This document shows positions 1 through 9,225 of a stretch of 27,055 nt of DNA, in pieces. The position numbers were made by a program, and so were the translations under genes. Position 1 is the first letter of the stretch; every line of letters begins with the position of its first letter. The notes under the pieces were generated by a model that saw only the letters and a list, made by a program, of their open reading frames with translations, was not told the origin of the DNA and ran no database searches. The DNA is from a bacterium (GTDB taxonomy: Bacteria; RBG-13-61-14; DATKZS01), in contig JAWOBU010000228.1 in the NCBI GenBank assembly GCA_046484135.1, positions 1 through 27,055 of the forward strand, read 5' to 3'.

Positions 1-902
1 CATCTTTCCATGTAATTCACTAATCTTTGTGAATGGTAAATTGAAGGAGCCTGGGCATAGGAGTTCTTGTCCTCGAAAAAGCGGTAGCGGGCGTCCAGGT
101 CCGTGGCTATCCGGCCGTCCTCCTGTTCCGATACGTCTTCGGGCAGGAAGTCTTCATCATGGACCGGCACGATATTGGTGTCGTACTGATAAAGGAGCCG
201 GAACTTGATGTAATAGGGTTTGCTCTCGCCTTCCACCGCCCGGCCCTCGAGGCTCTTGAGGTTCCGGCCCGCGTTCTGCCCCAGCTCCGTGTCCGGGTTC
301 TCTTTTCTGGCCCGCTCGAAGTAATCCTCGGCTTCCTCTGTCTTGCCCAGCCGGGTCAGACAAACCCCCTGGTAGTAATATGAGGACTGCTTGTAACTCT
401 TCGAGTCCTCCAGGTCCTTGAAGTAAGGCATAGCCTTTTGGAAGTAGCCCTCCGACATAAGGTTCAGACCCTTGTACAGCTTGCCCCGCTCGCTCACCGG
501 CTCCAGGGCCAGGGCCTTGTTGGCGGCCTGAATGGACTCGTCATGCTTGCCCGCCTCAAAGGTCGCCCAGGCCATGTCCTCGTAGGAGGTCACCTTGCAG
601 GGACAGAGCTTGGTGGCCCGCTTCATATAAGGTACGGCCTTCCACGGCTCGTCCATGCCCATGTAGCAAAGACCGATGTAATGCTGGGCCTCGCCGTTCT
701 CCGGCTCCTTCTCGATCACGTCCTCGAACAGGCTGATCGCCTTCTCGTAGTTCTGCCTCGTAAACTCGATCTTGCCCTCTTCCATCTTGATCATGCTCTC
801 GCTGTCGGCGAGCGCGGTAAAAGACAGAATTACCAGCGCCAAAGCACACACTGCACACACGTACCTCTTCGGCTTTAAAAAGCCGCGCTTTTCAAGGTCC
901 AC
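1..902 (-). CDS. Exported tetratricopeptide-repeat protein with probable C-terminal outer-membrane beta-barrel (Slam/DUF560-like); partial, runs off the window edge
   Basis: Not in the ORF track; translated by hand. GTG at 902 follows SD AAGGAGG (911-917). Signal-like N-terminus (YVCAVCALALVILSFTALA), several TPR units (EKAISLFEDVIEKEPENGEAQHYIG; YYQGVCLTRLGKTEEAEDYFERA), then the barrel-entry motif IKFRLLYQYDTN. No stop before position 1. Confidence 0.8.
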   Translation of the reverse strand, partial: MDLEKRGFLKPKRYVCAVCALALVILSFTALADSESMIKMEEGKIEFTRQNYEKAISLFEDVIEKEPENGEAQHYIGLCYMGMDEPWKAVPYMKRATKLCPCKVTSYEDMAWATFEAGKHDESIQAANKALALEPVSERGKLYKGLNLMSEGYFQKAMPYFKDLEDSKSYKQSSYYYQGVCLTRLGKTEEAEDYFERARKENPDTELGQNAGRNLKSLEGRAVEGESKPYYIKFRLLYQYDTNIVPVHDEDFLPEDVSEQEDGRIATDLDARYRFFEDKNSYAQAPSIYHSQRLVNYMER

Positions 903-1005
903 CTCTTAGTCCTCCTTACTTGAGTTTTACCGGTCAGCTTCTACTCGGTGTGCCGCCTGTCTGTTGACGGATGGCAACAAAAAATCCCTGTTAAAAGATA
1001 AGATA

Positions 1006-1033
1006 AATATACCAAATTCGCACCCCTTGTCAA
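1006..1033 (-). promoter_or_regulatory. sigma70-type promoter for the TPR gene
   Basis: Minus strand TTGACA (1033-1028), 16-nt spacer, then TGG-TATATT (extended -10, 1011-1006), about 100 nt upstream of the start codon. Confidence 0.6.
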
Positions 1034-1052
1034 GGCTTTCAAAACTTTTTCT

Positions 1053-1363
1053 GGTTCATCAGGATTAAGCGTACTTGAACATGTTGTTTGACTGTTGTTG
1101 TAGTGGGGAACAAAGAAAATGGGACTTGGCGCAAGAGGGATATTCTGCTTGAATGGAAAACGAAAATATGGGGTGGCCTCAAAACAGCAATAGTTCATTT
1201 TCTTTGTTCCCCACAAATTCCAGTTTAGCACAATCCGCATAAAACTTTGTCAAGGGCTCCCAAAGGGAGCCGCGCTTAAGCGCGGGCATGCCCCTTGACA
1301 AAGTTGCGGATTGTGCTTTAACGCTCTACGTCATCTCGAAAGTACGCTTAATCCTGATGAGCC
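1053..1363. mobile_element. Non-autonomous MITE-like element, 311 bp
   Basis: Terminal inverted repeats GGTTCATCAGGATTAAGCGTACTT (1053-1076) and AAGTACGCTTAATCCTGATGAGCC (1340-1363), 23/24 match. Flanked exactly by the direct repeat CTTTTTCT (1045-1052 and 1364-1371). No transposase inside. Confidence 0.85.
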
Positions 1364-1435
1364 CTTTTTCTATTTCTTGCCGGGGTATTTTCCGCGGTTA
1401 TTTTCTCTGACTTCCGACAAGCGGCCGTGTCCGGC

Positions 1436-2792
<1,357 letters not shown>

Positions 2793-2875
2793 CATGGTTA
2801 CCGGAATACGGGGTACCTGTTCTATACTGTAACCGGGATTGATTTTCACAAGGCCCGGACAAGGGAGGAAAAGAA

Positions 2876-3418
2876 ATGGCGTTCATAAAAAAGGGAAAAC
2901 AAGAGAAGACGGGAACGGCTGCCGGAAAGCTCTCGGTGATGCGGCTGGCTGGTACTGTGTTCTTTCTGGCCGTGCTGGCCTTCTCCTTCTCCTGTAACGA
3001 ACAGCAGAAAGAGGATTCGGGGCTTTCTCCGGAAGAAAAGGCCAAGAAGCGGATACTCGATTCTTTCATCCTGCCTCCGGAGGCGGAGTTCCAGAAGGTG
3101 GAAGTAATGCCGGAAAAGAACATGCTGATCGCGTCCTATGGCAGCACGGAATCAGTAGATTACATAAGCGAGTTCTTCAAACAAAGAATAAAGCGGGAAG
3201 GATTAGAGATAGTACAGGAGTTCCCCAACGGCCTCAATTACCGGAACAAGCAAGGCAAACAGATCGGCGTGGCCTGGTTTTCCAGAGACCCGGACCTCTC
3301 CGAGTACCAGTGCGTGTTCCGCATCTCCTATCTGCCGCTCCCGCCCGAGCTTAAGCCGGCCGAGGCGGAAGAAGAAAAAGCCCCGGGCAAAAAAGAAGCG
3401 AAAGAAGAGCGGGAATGA
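2876..3418 (+). CDS. Hypothetical exported protein, probable lipoprotein
   Basis: SD AAGGGAGG; basic N-terminus and hydrophobic stretch ending in FSFSC (lipobox-like, non-canonical); charged tail. Confidence 0.7.
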   Translation: MAFIKKGKQEKTGTAAGKLSVMRLAGTVFFLAVLAFSFSCNEQQKEDSGLSPEEKAKKRILDSFILPPEAEFQKVEVMPEKNMLIASYGSTESVDYISEFFKQRIKREGLEIVQEFPNGLNYRNKQGKQIGVAWFSRDPDLSEYQCVFRISYLPLPPELKPAEAEEEKAPGKKEAKEERE

Positions 3419-3461
3419 AGGCCCGGCTTTTCTTTATCCAACCACGGGACGCGATAAGCAG

Positions 3462-4412
3462 ATGAACCGCGAGGACAAAGCCGGCGCCCTTATCGGCAGC
3501 CGGAGCGAAGGCGTTTTTATCGAGCTTCCGGCGGGCAATGGCTCGATCCCGGTACTCACGGTGCGGGCCGCCTCGCTGGCGGAGACGTGGGAGCTTTCTC
3601 TTCTCGCTCTTTACGGGCACGGCTCGGAAATCCGGACCGACTATGACCGAAAGGACGAAAGCGGGACTTATATAGACCCGCCCAGCCTGGACTGCACCAT
3701 GCGGATGGTGGTTTCAGAGCCGTTCGCGGAGCCGGTGATCCACCGTTGCTTTCCGGGCGGCCTGGAAGACCTGGAGGAGTACCGCCAGGAGGTTTTGGAT
3801 GGTATCAAGGACCACTGGTGCCGCGACCCGCAAGACCCGGACGACAACCGGTGGGAGTATACCTATCATCAGCGTGTCTTCAACTACACCGTGCCCGGCC
3901 AAGAGCGCGGCATAGACCAGGTGGAGAAGATAGTACAAGGACTGTGTCAAAGTCCCTACTCCCGGCGCCAGCAGGCAGTGGTCTGGAAGGTATGGGAGGA
4001 CGTGGGCATCGAGGACCCGGCCTGCATGCAGTCGTTGTGGTTCCGCATACTGCCGGATGAAAACGGAAGGTGGCGATTGAACCTGAACGTCCGCTTCCGC
4101 TCCCGCGACGCCTATGACGCGGCCTACATGAACTGCTTCGCCCTTGTCCACCTGATGCGGGAGGTCGCCGACAGGCTGGAAAAGAAGGCCGGCCGCTCCG
4201 TCCTGCTCGGCCGGTACGTGGACGAGTCAGACTCGTATCACATTTACGGCAACAAGCTCGACGACTTCCAAAACCGGTTTTTAAAACAGGTCGAGAGCCG
4301 AAAGCTGGAAGACCGGACCTGGACCATGGAGTTCGCCCGCGATGCCTTCCGGGAGGCCCGGCCCGGCATCCGGTCGAAGATAGAACAACACGACCGCCGG
4401 AAAAAAAGTTAG
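3462..4412 (+). CDS. thyA: Thymidylate synthase family protein (archaeal-type ThyA-like)
   Basis: YTYHQR, SRR phosphate-binding pair, catalytic DPAC, FRSRD, AAYMN (dUMP-specifying Asn), SYHIY. Confidence 0.8.
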   Translation: MNREDKAGALIGSRSEGVFIELPAGNGSIPVLTVRAASLAETWELSLLALYGHGSEIRTDYDRKDESGTYIDPPSLDCTMRMVVSEPFAEPVIHRCFPGGLEDLEEYRQEVLDGIKDHWCRDPQDPDDNRWEYTYHQRVFNYTVPGQERGIDQVEKIVQGLCQSPYSRRQQAVVWKVWEDVGIEDPACMQSLWFRILPDENGRWRLNLNVRFRSRDAYDAAYMNCFALVHLMREVADRLEKKAGRSVLLGRYVDESDSYHIYGNKLDDFQNRFLKQVESRKLEDRTWTMEFARDAFREARPGIRSKIEQHDRRKKS

Positions 4413-4499
4413 GTCTTGGAAGCGGGAAAAACGCTTGCGGCGACACAAGAGCTCGGGCGAATATCTTGCCTCCCGGAAAGGAGAATTTTCTTCGAGAAA

Positions 4500-5624
4500 A
4501 TGTCTGACATGGAAATCCCACTGGTAGACCTTTCCGCTCAGCACCGGAAGCTGGAGCGGGAGATTAAAGCCGGCATCGAACAGGTGATAAGCTCGGGAAA
4601 GTTCATCCTGGGTCCGGAGGTGGCCGAGCTGGAAAAAAAGCTTTCGGACTACTGCGGCACTGCCCGCGCCCTGGGAGTGGCTTCCGGGACTGACGCGCTT
4701 CTTCTGTCTCTGAAGGCCCTGGGAGTAAAGCCCGGAGACGAAGTCATAACCACTCCCTTCACCTTCTACTCGACCGCCTCGACCATCGTACACGTCGGCG
4801 CCCGGCCGGTGTTCGCGGACATCGAGCCCGACACCTGCCTCATCCGGCCCGACCTCGTGGAAGAAGCGATCACGGAAAACACCGCCGGCATAGTTCCGGT
4901 CCACCTTTTCGGCCAGTGCGCTGACATGGACGAGCTGAACCGACTGGCCGCGGCCAACGGGCTGTTCGTTTTGGAGGACGCCTGCCAGGCTATCGGCGCT
5001 TCCTACGGGGACCGGCAGGCCGGCTCGCTTGGCGACGCCGCTGCTTTGAGTTTTTATCCTTCCAAGAACCTGGGCGGCATGGGAGACGGGGGCATGATCC
5101 TGACCGGCAGGGACGACGTTGCGGAAAAGGTAAGTCTTTTGCGTGTCCACGGTGCTCCCCGGGACTACCATCACAGCGTAATCGGCTACAACAGCCGGCT
5201 TGACACCATCCAGGCAGCGGTGCTTCTTACCAAGCTCCCTTACCTGGACGAGTGGACAGAAAACCGCAGAAGAAACGCCGAACGGTACCAGCAATGGTTC
5301 CAAGATTCTCCGGTAAAGCCGCTTACGGAAAAGCCGGACCGGAGAAGCGTTTTCAACAACTACGTAATACGCGCACCCGGGCGGGACGGACTGATGGAGC
5401 ATCTTCGCAAAAACGGCATCGGCTGCGCGGTGTACTACCCGGAGCCTCTCCACCGGATGCCCTGCTTCCGGGCTTTCGTGGAGGAGAACGCGGATTTCCC
5501 GGAAGCGCAACGGGCGGCAGAGGAGGCCCTCGCCATTCCGGCGTATCCCGAGATGTCCCCCGACATGGTTGACAGGGTAGCAGGCGCTGTCCTCTCTTTC
5601 TATGAGCGGCCGGCCGGGGGTTAA
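4500..5624 (+). CDS. DegT/DnrJ/EryC1/StrS-family PLP-dependent aminotransferase (nucleotide-sugar type)
   Basis: IPLVDL, FILGPEV, SGTDAL, PVHLFGQ, EDACQA, SFYPSKNLG (PLP lysine), GYNSRLD. Start could be 4416 (TTG), 4500 or 4509. Confidence 0.92.
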   Translation: MSDMEIPLVDLSAQHRKLEREIKAGIEQVISSGKFILGPEVAELEKKLSDYCGTARALGVASGTDALLLSLKALGVKPGDEVITTPFTFYSTASTIVHVGARPVFADIEPDTCLIRPDLVEEAITENTAGIVPVHLFGQCADMDELNRLAAANGLFVLEDACQAIGASYGDRQAGSLGDAAALSFYPSKNLGGMGDGGMILTGRDDVAEKVSLLRVHGAPRDYHHSVIGYNSRLDTIQAAVLLTKLPYLDEWTENRRRNAERYQQWFQDSPVKPLTEKPDRRSVFNNYVIRAPGRDGLMEHLRKNGIGCAVYYPEPLHRMPCFRAFVEENADFPEAQRAAEEALAIPAYPEMSPDMVDRVAGAVLSFYERPAGG

Positions 5625-5627
5625 GGC

Positions 5628-6605
5628 TTGATTATCGAAGACCCCGGAGAGATCAAAGAGCGGGTCCGGGAGTTCACCAACCGGCGCATCTACGGCGACG
5701 TGCAGATCATCGAGGACACCAGCGACTACATGTCCATCTACGGCGGCATGGTCCTCCGGATCGCGGGCAACGATTACTTCCTGACCGGAGACGCCACCGA
5801 AGGCAGGTTCGGTATAGACGATCAGCCCAAGTTCTGGGTGAAGTACGCCTACGACCTGGAAGACGGCTCGCGCAAAGTCATCAAGATGGTCTTTTACGAG
5901 GACTTCACCAGCCGGGAGGGTCCGTTTCTTATCAAGGGCTCCCGCAGCCCGGAAAAGGAGGCCCACTGCCTGGAGGTGGTAGAGGGACACCCGCGCTTCA
6001 TGCAGGGGATGGCCGTCCGGGACAAGGCCGAGAACCTGGTACGGATCATCGAGTTTGTGCGAGGCAAGTCCCTGTTCGTGTATCTTTGCGAGTTGGACAT
6101 GGACCACGAGGAGTACTTTTACACCGTCTTTCCCGCCATCATGGAAGAGGTCATCGGATGCATCGAAGCGCTGGCCTTTATGCAGGAGCACGGCGAGCAT
6201 CACGGAGACGTCAGGAACGACCATATCATCATCGAAAAAGGAACGGGGGCCTACAAGTGGATTGACTTCGACTTCAGCGTGTCCTACGAAGACTACGACA
6301 TCTGGAGCATCGGAAACGTCATCACCTTTGCCGCAGCCAAGCGGATCATCAGCTTCCAGGAAGTCAAGACACATCCGGAAAGGTTCCCCCGTTGCAATAC
6401 CGGAAGCCTGAGCGAGGATGACGCCCTCCTCTTTTACAAGTACCGGGTGGCGAACCTGAAAAAGCTCTTTCCCTACATCCCGTCCAAGCTCAACCGGATA
6501 CTCATGAATTTCTCGCAAGGGACCTACTTCTTCTACGAAAGCTACCAGAACCTGGTCTCCGACTTAAGGGAAGCCATGGAAGAGCTGCCGAAAAAAGTGA
6601 TATAG
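5628..6605 (+). CDS. Protein-kinase-like (Ser/Thr kinase fold) protein
   Basis: Gly-loop-like GDATEGRFG, beta3 Lys (VIKMV), alphaC Glu (EKEA), catalytic loop HGDVRNDH, WIDFD, DIWSIG. TTG start lies 3 nt after the upstream stop. Confidence 0.78.
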   Translation: MIIEDPGEIKERVREFTNRRIYGDVQIIEDTSDYMSIYGGMVLRIAGNDYFLTGDATEGRFGIDDQPKFWVKYAYDLEDGSRKVIKMVFYEDFTSREGPFLIKGSRSPEKEAHCLEVVEGHPRFMQGMAVRDKAENLVRIIEFVRGKSLFVYLCELDMDHEEYFYTVFPAIMEEVIGCIEALAFMQEHGEHHGDVRNDHIIIEKGTGAYKWIDFDFSVSYEDYDIWSIGNVITFAAAKRIISFQEVKTHPERFPRCNTGSLSEDDALLFYKYRVANLKKLFPYIPSKLNRILMNFSQGTYFFYESYQNLVSDLREAMEELPKKVI

Positions 6606-6677
6606 TGATGACGCCCTTGTAAAAAGTCCAATTGCAGAGGCGTTGGAACAACAGGAGATTCTCGGTTAATATAGCGA

Positions 6678-6706
6678 TTGTCTGAACGATCGGTTTCTGA
6701 TATGAT
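6678..6706 (+). promoter_or_regulatory. sigma70-type promoter for the mre operon
   Basis: TTGTCT (6678-6683), 17-nt spacer, then TGA-TATGAT (6701-6706). Confidence 0.55.
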
Positions 6707-6795
6707 GAACTGATTAGCGACTGGTTTTAGCTGCTTTTTCCCGAAAGATTAAGAGCGGGGCCCCGCTTTCGGGGAGCGGGACGGGGAATGCACGG

Positions 6796-7833
6796 ATGGT
6801 ATTAGGACACATATTTTCGATGTTTTCCAATGACCTGGCCATTGACCTCGGCACGGCCAATACGCTGGTGTTCGTGATGGGCAAGGGCATTGCGATAAAC
6901 GAGCCTTCCGTGGTGGCCGTGCATAAGCATCCGCGCACCGGCAAGGACGAGGTCCTGGCGGTGGGGGAAGAGGCCAAGCAGATGCTGGGCCGGACGCCGG
7001 GCAGCATCCGGGCCATCCGTCCCATGAAAGACGGGGTGATCGCCGACTTCGAGATAACCGAGGCCATGCTGAGGTACTTCATCAGCAAAGCCCATCACCG
7101 GAACACCATGCTCCGTCCCCGGATCGTGATCTGCGTTCCCTTCGGCATCACCGAGGTCGAGAAGCGGGCGGTGCGCGACTCGGCCAAGAGCGCGGGCGCG
7201 CGGGAGGTCCACCTTCTGGAGGAGCCCATGGCGGGAGCGATAGGCTCGGGGCTTCCCATCAGCGAGCCTTCCGGCAACATGATAGTGGACATCGGGGGCG
7301 GGACCACCGAGGTCGCGGTTATCTCGCTGGCGGGCATCGTTTTCAGCCAGTCGGTGCGCATAGCCGGGGACAAGATGGACGAGGCCATCGTTACTTACAT
7401 AAAGCGCAAGTACAACCTTCTTATCGGAGACCGGAGCGCGGAAGAGATCAAGATGCAGGTGGGGGTCTGCCATCCTTCCGCTCCGCTTCTCCAGATGGAG
7501 GTCAAGGGCCGCGACCTGGTGGCCGGCATTCCCAAGACCCTGGAGATATCCTCGGAGGAGGTCCTGGAAGCGCTCTCCGAGCCGATCAACGCCATCGTGG
7601 ACACGGTCCGACAGGCGCTGGAACGAACCCCCCCGGAGCTGGCCTCCGATATAGTGGACAAGGGCATCGTGCTGACCGGCGGAGGGGCCATGCTATCCCA
7701 CATGGACATTCTCCTGCGGGAGGAAACCGGCCTGCCCGTCATGCTGGCCGAGGACCCCCTTTGCTGCGTATGCAAAGGAGCGGGAAAGGTCCTGAGCGAG
7801 CCCGAGCTCCTGGAATCCATTGAAATAGAGTAA
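6796..7833 (+). CDS. mreB: Rod shape-determining actin homologue MreB
   Basis: [46 protein letters not shown]. Confidence 0.98.
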   Translation: MVLGHIFSMFSNDLAIDLGTANTLVFVMGKGIAINEPSVVAVHKHPRTGKDEVLAVGEEAKQMLGRTPGSIRAIRPMKDGVIADFEITEAMLRYFISKAHHRNTMLRPRIVICVPFGITEVEKRAVRDSAKSAGAREVHLLEEPMAGAIGSGLPISEPSGNMIVDIGGGTTEVAVISLAGIVFSQSVRIAGDKMDEAIVTYIKRKYNLLIGDRSAEEIKMQVGVCHPSAPLLQMEVKGRDLVAGIPKTLEISSEEVLEALSEPINAIVDTVRQALERTPPELASDIVDKGIVLTGGGAMLSHMDILLREETGLPVMLAEDPLCCVCKGAGKVLSEPELLESIEIE

Positions 7834-7857
7834 CTACACTGAAACAGGTAACTGACC

Positions 7858-8715
7858 ATGCTTCTTGATTGGTTGAGACACCATCAGACCAAGGTCGTAC
7901 CCGCAGCCCTGCTTTTTATCTCCCTGGCCCTGCTCTCCCACGGGGCCTACTCCAGTCGTAACTCGCAGATGAACCTGTTCGCAAAGACCGTCCTGAGCAC
8001 GGTGGGGTATGCCCAGGCGACCGTGAACCTGATAACCGACGGAGTAACCGGTACCTGGCAGAGGTACGTCTGGCTGACAGGGGTGGAGGAGGAGAACCGC
8101 CGGCTCAAAAAGGAGAACCGCCGGCTCATCCGAAAGCTCTCCGAGTTGCAGGAGGTCGCCAAAGAGAACGACCGCTTGCGCCGTCTTTCCCGGTTCCAGC
8201 CCAAACAGACGATAAAAGACTGGATCGCCGCCCGCGTCATCGGCAAGAGCATGGTGGGGTTCAACAAGACCATCAGCATTGACCGGGGAAGCCGGGACGG
8301 GATCAAGCCCCGCATGGCGGTAATAACCTATGAGGGGGCCATTGTCGGGCAGATACTGGGCGAGCCGGGCTCCGGCATCGGGTTCCACAGCTCCCAGGTG
8401 CTGCTTATCACCGACCGCCGGAGCCGGCTGGACGTCATGTCGCAAAGAAGCCGGGACACGGGCATACTGGCGGGCCGGCCGGAGGTTGATATGTGCGAGC
8501 TGCTCTACACCGAGCAGGCAGACCTGAAAGAGGGAGACCTTCTTATCAGCTCCGGCCTGGGAAAGGTCTTCCGGAAAGGGTGGCCCGCCGGACACGTGGT
8601 TGATATAAAGAAAGACCCGGCCGGGTTCTCGCCCCGCATAAAGGTCCGGCCCCAGGCCGACTTCTCCAAGCTGGAAGAGGTCCTGGTTATTCTCTCTTCG
8701 GAGTCAAGGCCTTGA
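7858..8715 (+). CDS. mreC: Rod shape-determining protein MreC
   Basis: N-terminal TM segment, coiled coil (EENRRLKKEN...ENDRLRRL), ARVIG, IDRGSRDGI, SSGLG, DFSKLEEV; follows mreB. Confidence 0.93.
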   Translation: MLLDWLRHHQTKVVPAALLFISLALLSHGAYSSRNSQMNLFAKTVLSTVGYAQATVNLITDGVTGTWQRYVWLTGVEEENRRLKKENRRLIRKLSELQEVAKENDRLRRLSRFQPKQTIKDWIAARVIGKSMVGFNKTISIDRGSRDGIKPRMAVITYEGAIVGQILGEPGSGIGFHSSQVLLITDRRSRLDVMSQRSRDTGILAGRPEVDMCELLYTEQADLKEGDLLISSGLGKVFRKGWPAGHVVDIKKDPAGFSPRIKVRPQADFSKLEEVLVILSSESRP

Positions 8716-9224
8716 TCCGCCAGTACGCCGGAGTGCTCCTTTTGGCCGGCATCATGGTGGTCATCCAGACCACGCTGGTGCCGGAGCTCTCCGGTGTACT
8801 GTTCATAGACTTCATCTTTGTCATGGTGGTCCTCGTCGGAATGTTTAAAGACCCGGTGCACGGGGCCATCATGGCCTTTCTCCTGGGAGGGTTCCAGGAC
8901 ATAATGAGCGGACAGATTGTCGGGCTTTTCATGACCTCCCGGCTCCTGGTCTTCCTGGCGGCGCAGTTCCTCCGCTCCCGGGTGTCCCTGGAAAAACCCG
9001 CCCCCCAGTTCGCCATGGGTACGGGACTCGGACTGGCGGACCGGCTGGCCATTTTCGTCTTGTGCGGCATCTTTTCAGAGCCCTTGTCGCTCACCGGATC
9101 GGAGTTCGCTTTCATGGCCGGGGGGGTCCTTATAAACGCCGCGCTGGTGCCGGTCTTTTATCAGCTCTTCCGGCTGTTGCCCGGCTTTTACGAGCCCAAA
9201 AGAGGACCGGTGGTAAGGAGATGA
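8712..9224 (+). CDS. mreD: Rod shape-determining membrane protein MreD
   Basis: 170-aa polytopic membrane protein with AFLLGGFQDIMSG..VG; overlaps the mreC stop and precedes mrdA. Confidence 0.88.
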   Translation: MIRQYAGVLLLAGIMVVIQTTLVPELSGVLFIDFIFVMVVLVGMFKDPVHGAIMAFLLGGFQDIMSGQIVGLFMTSRLLVFLAAQFLRSRVSLEKPAPQFAMGTGLGLADRLAIFVLCGIFSEPLSLTGSEFAFMAGGVLINAALVPVFYQLFRLLPGFYEPKRGPVVRR

Positions 9225-9225
9225 C

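Noticed and set aside
1103..1214. GTGGGGAAC / GTTCCCCAC resemble type I-E CRISPR repeat halves
   Set aside because: There is only one inverted pair, in the wrong order, with no direct-repeat array and no cas genes.
941..1240. 99-aa minus-strand ORF
   Set aside because: It crosses the MITE boundary and a promoter and has no recognisable motif.
4281..6518. 745-aa antisense ORF
   Set aside because: It is a shadow of two same-frame GC-rich genes with strong motifs and has no protein features of its own.
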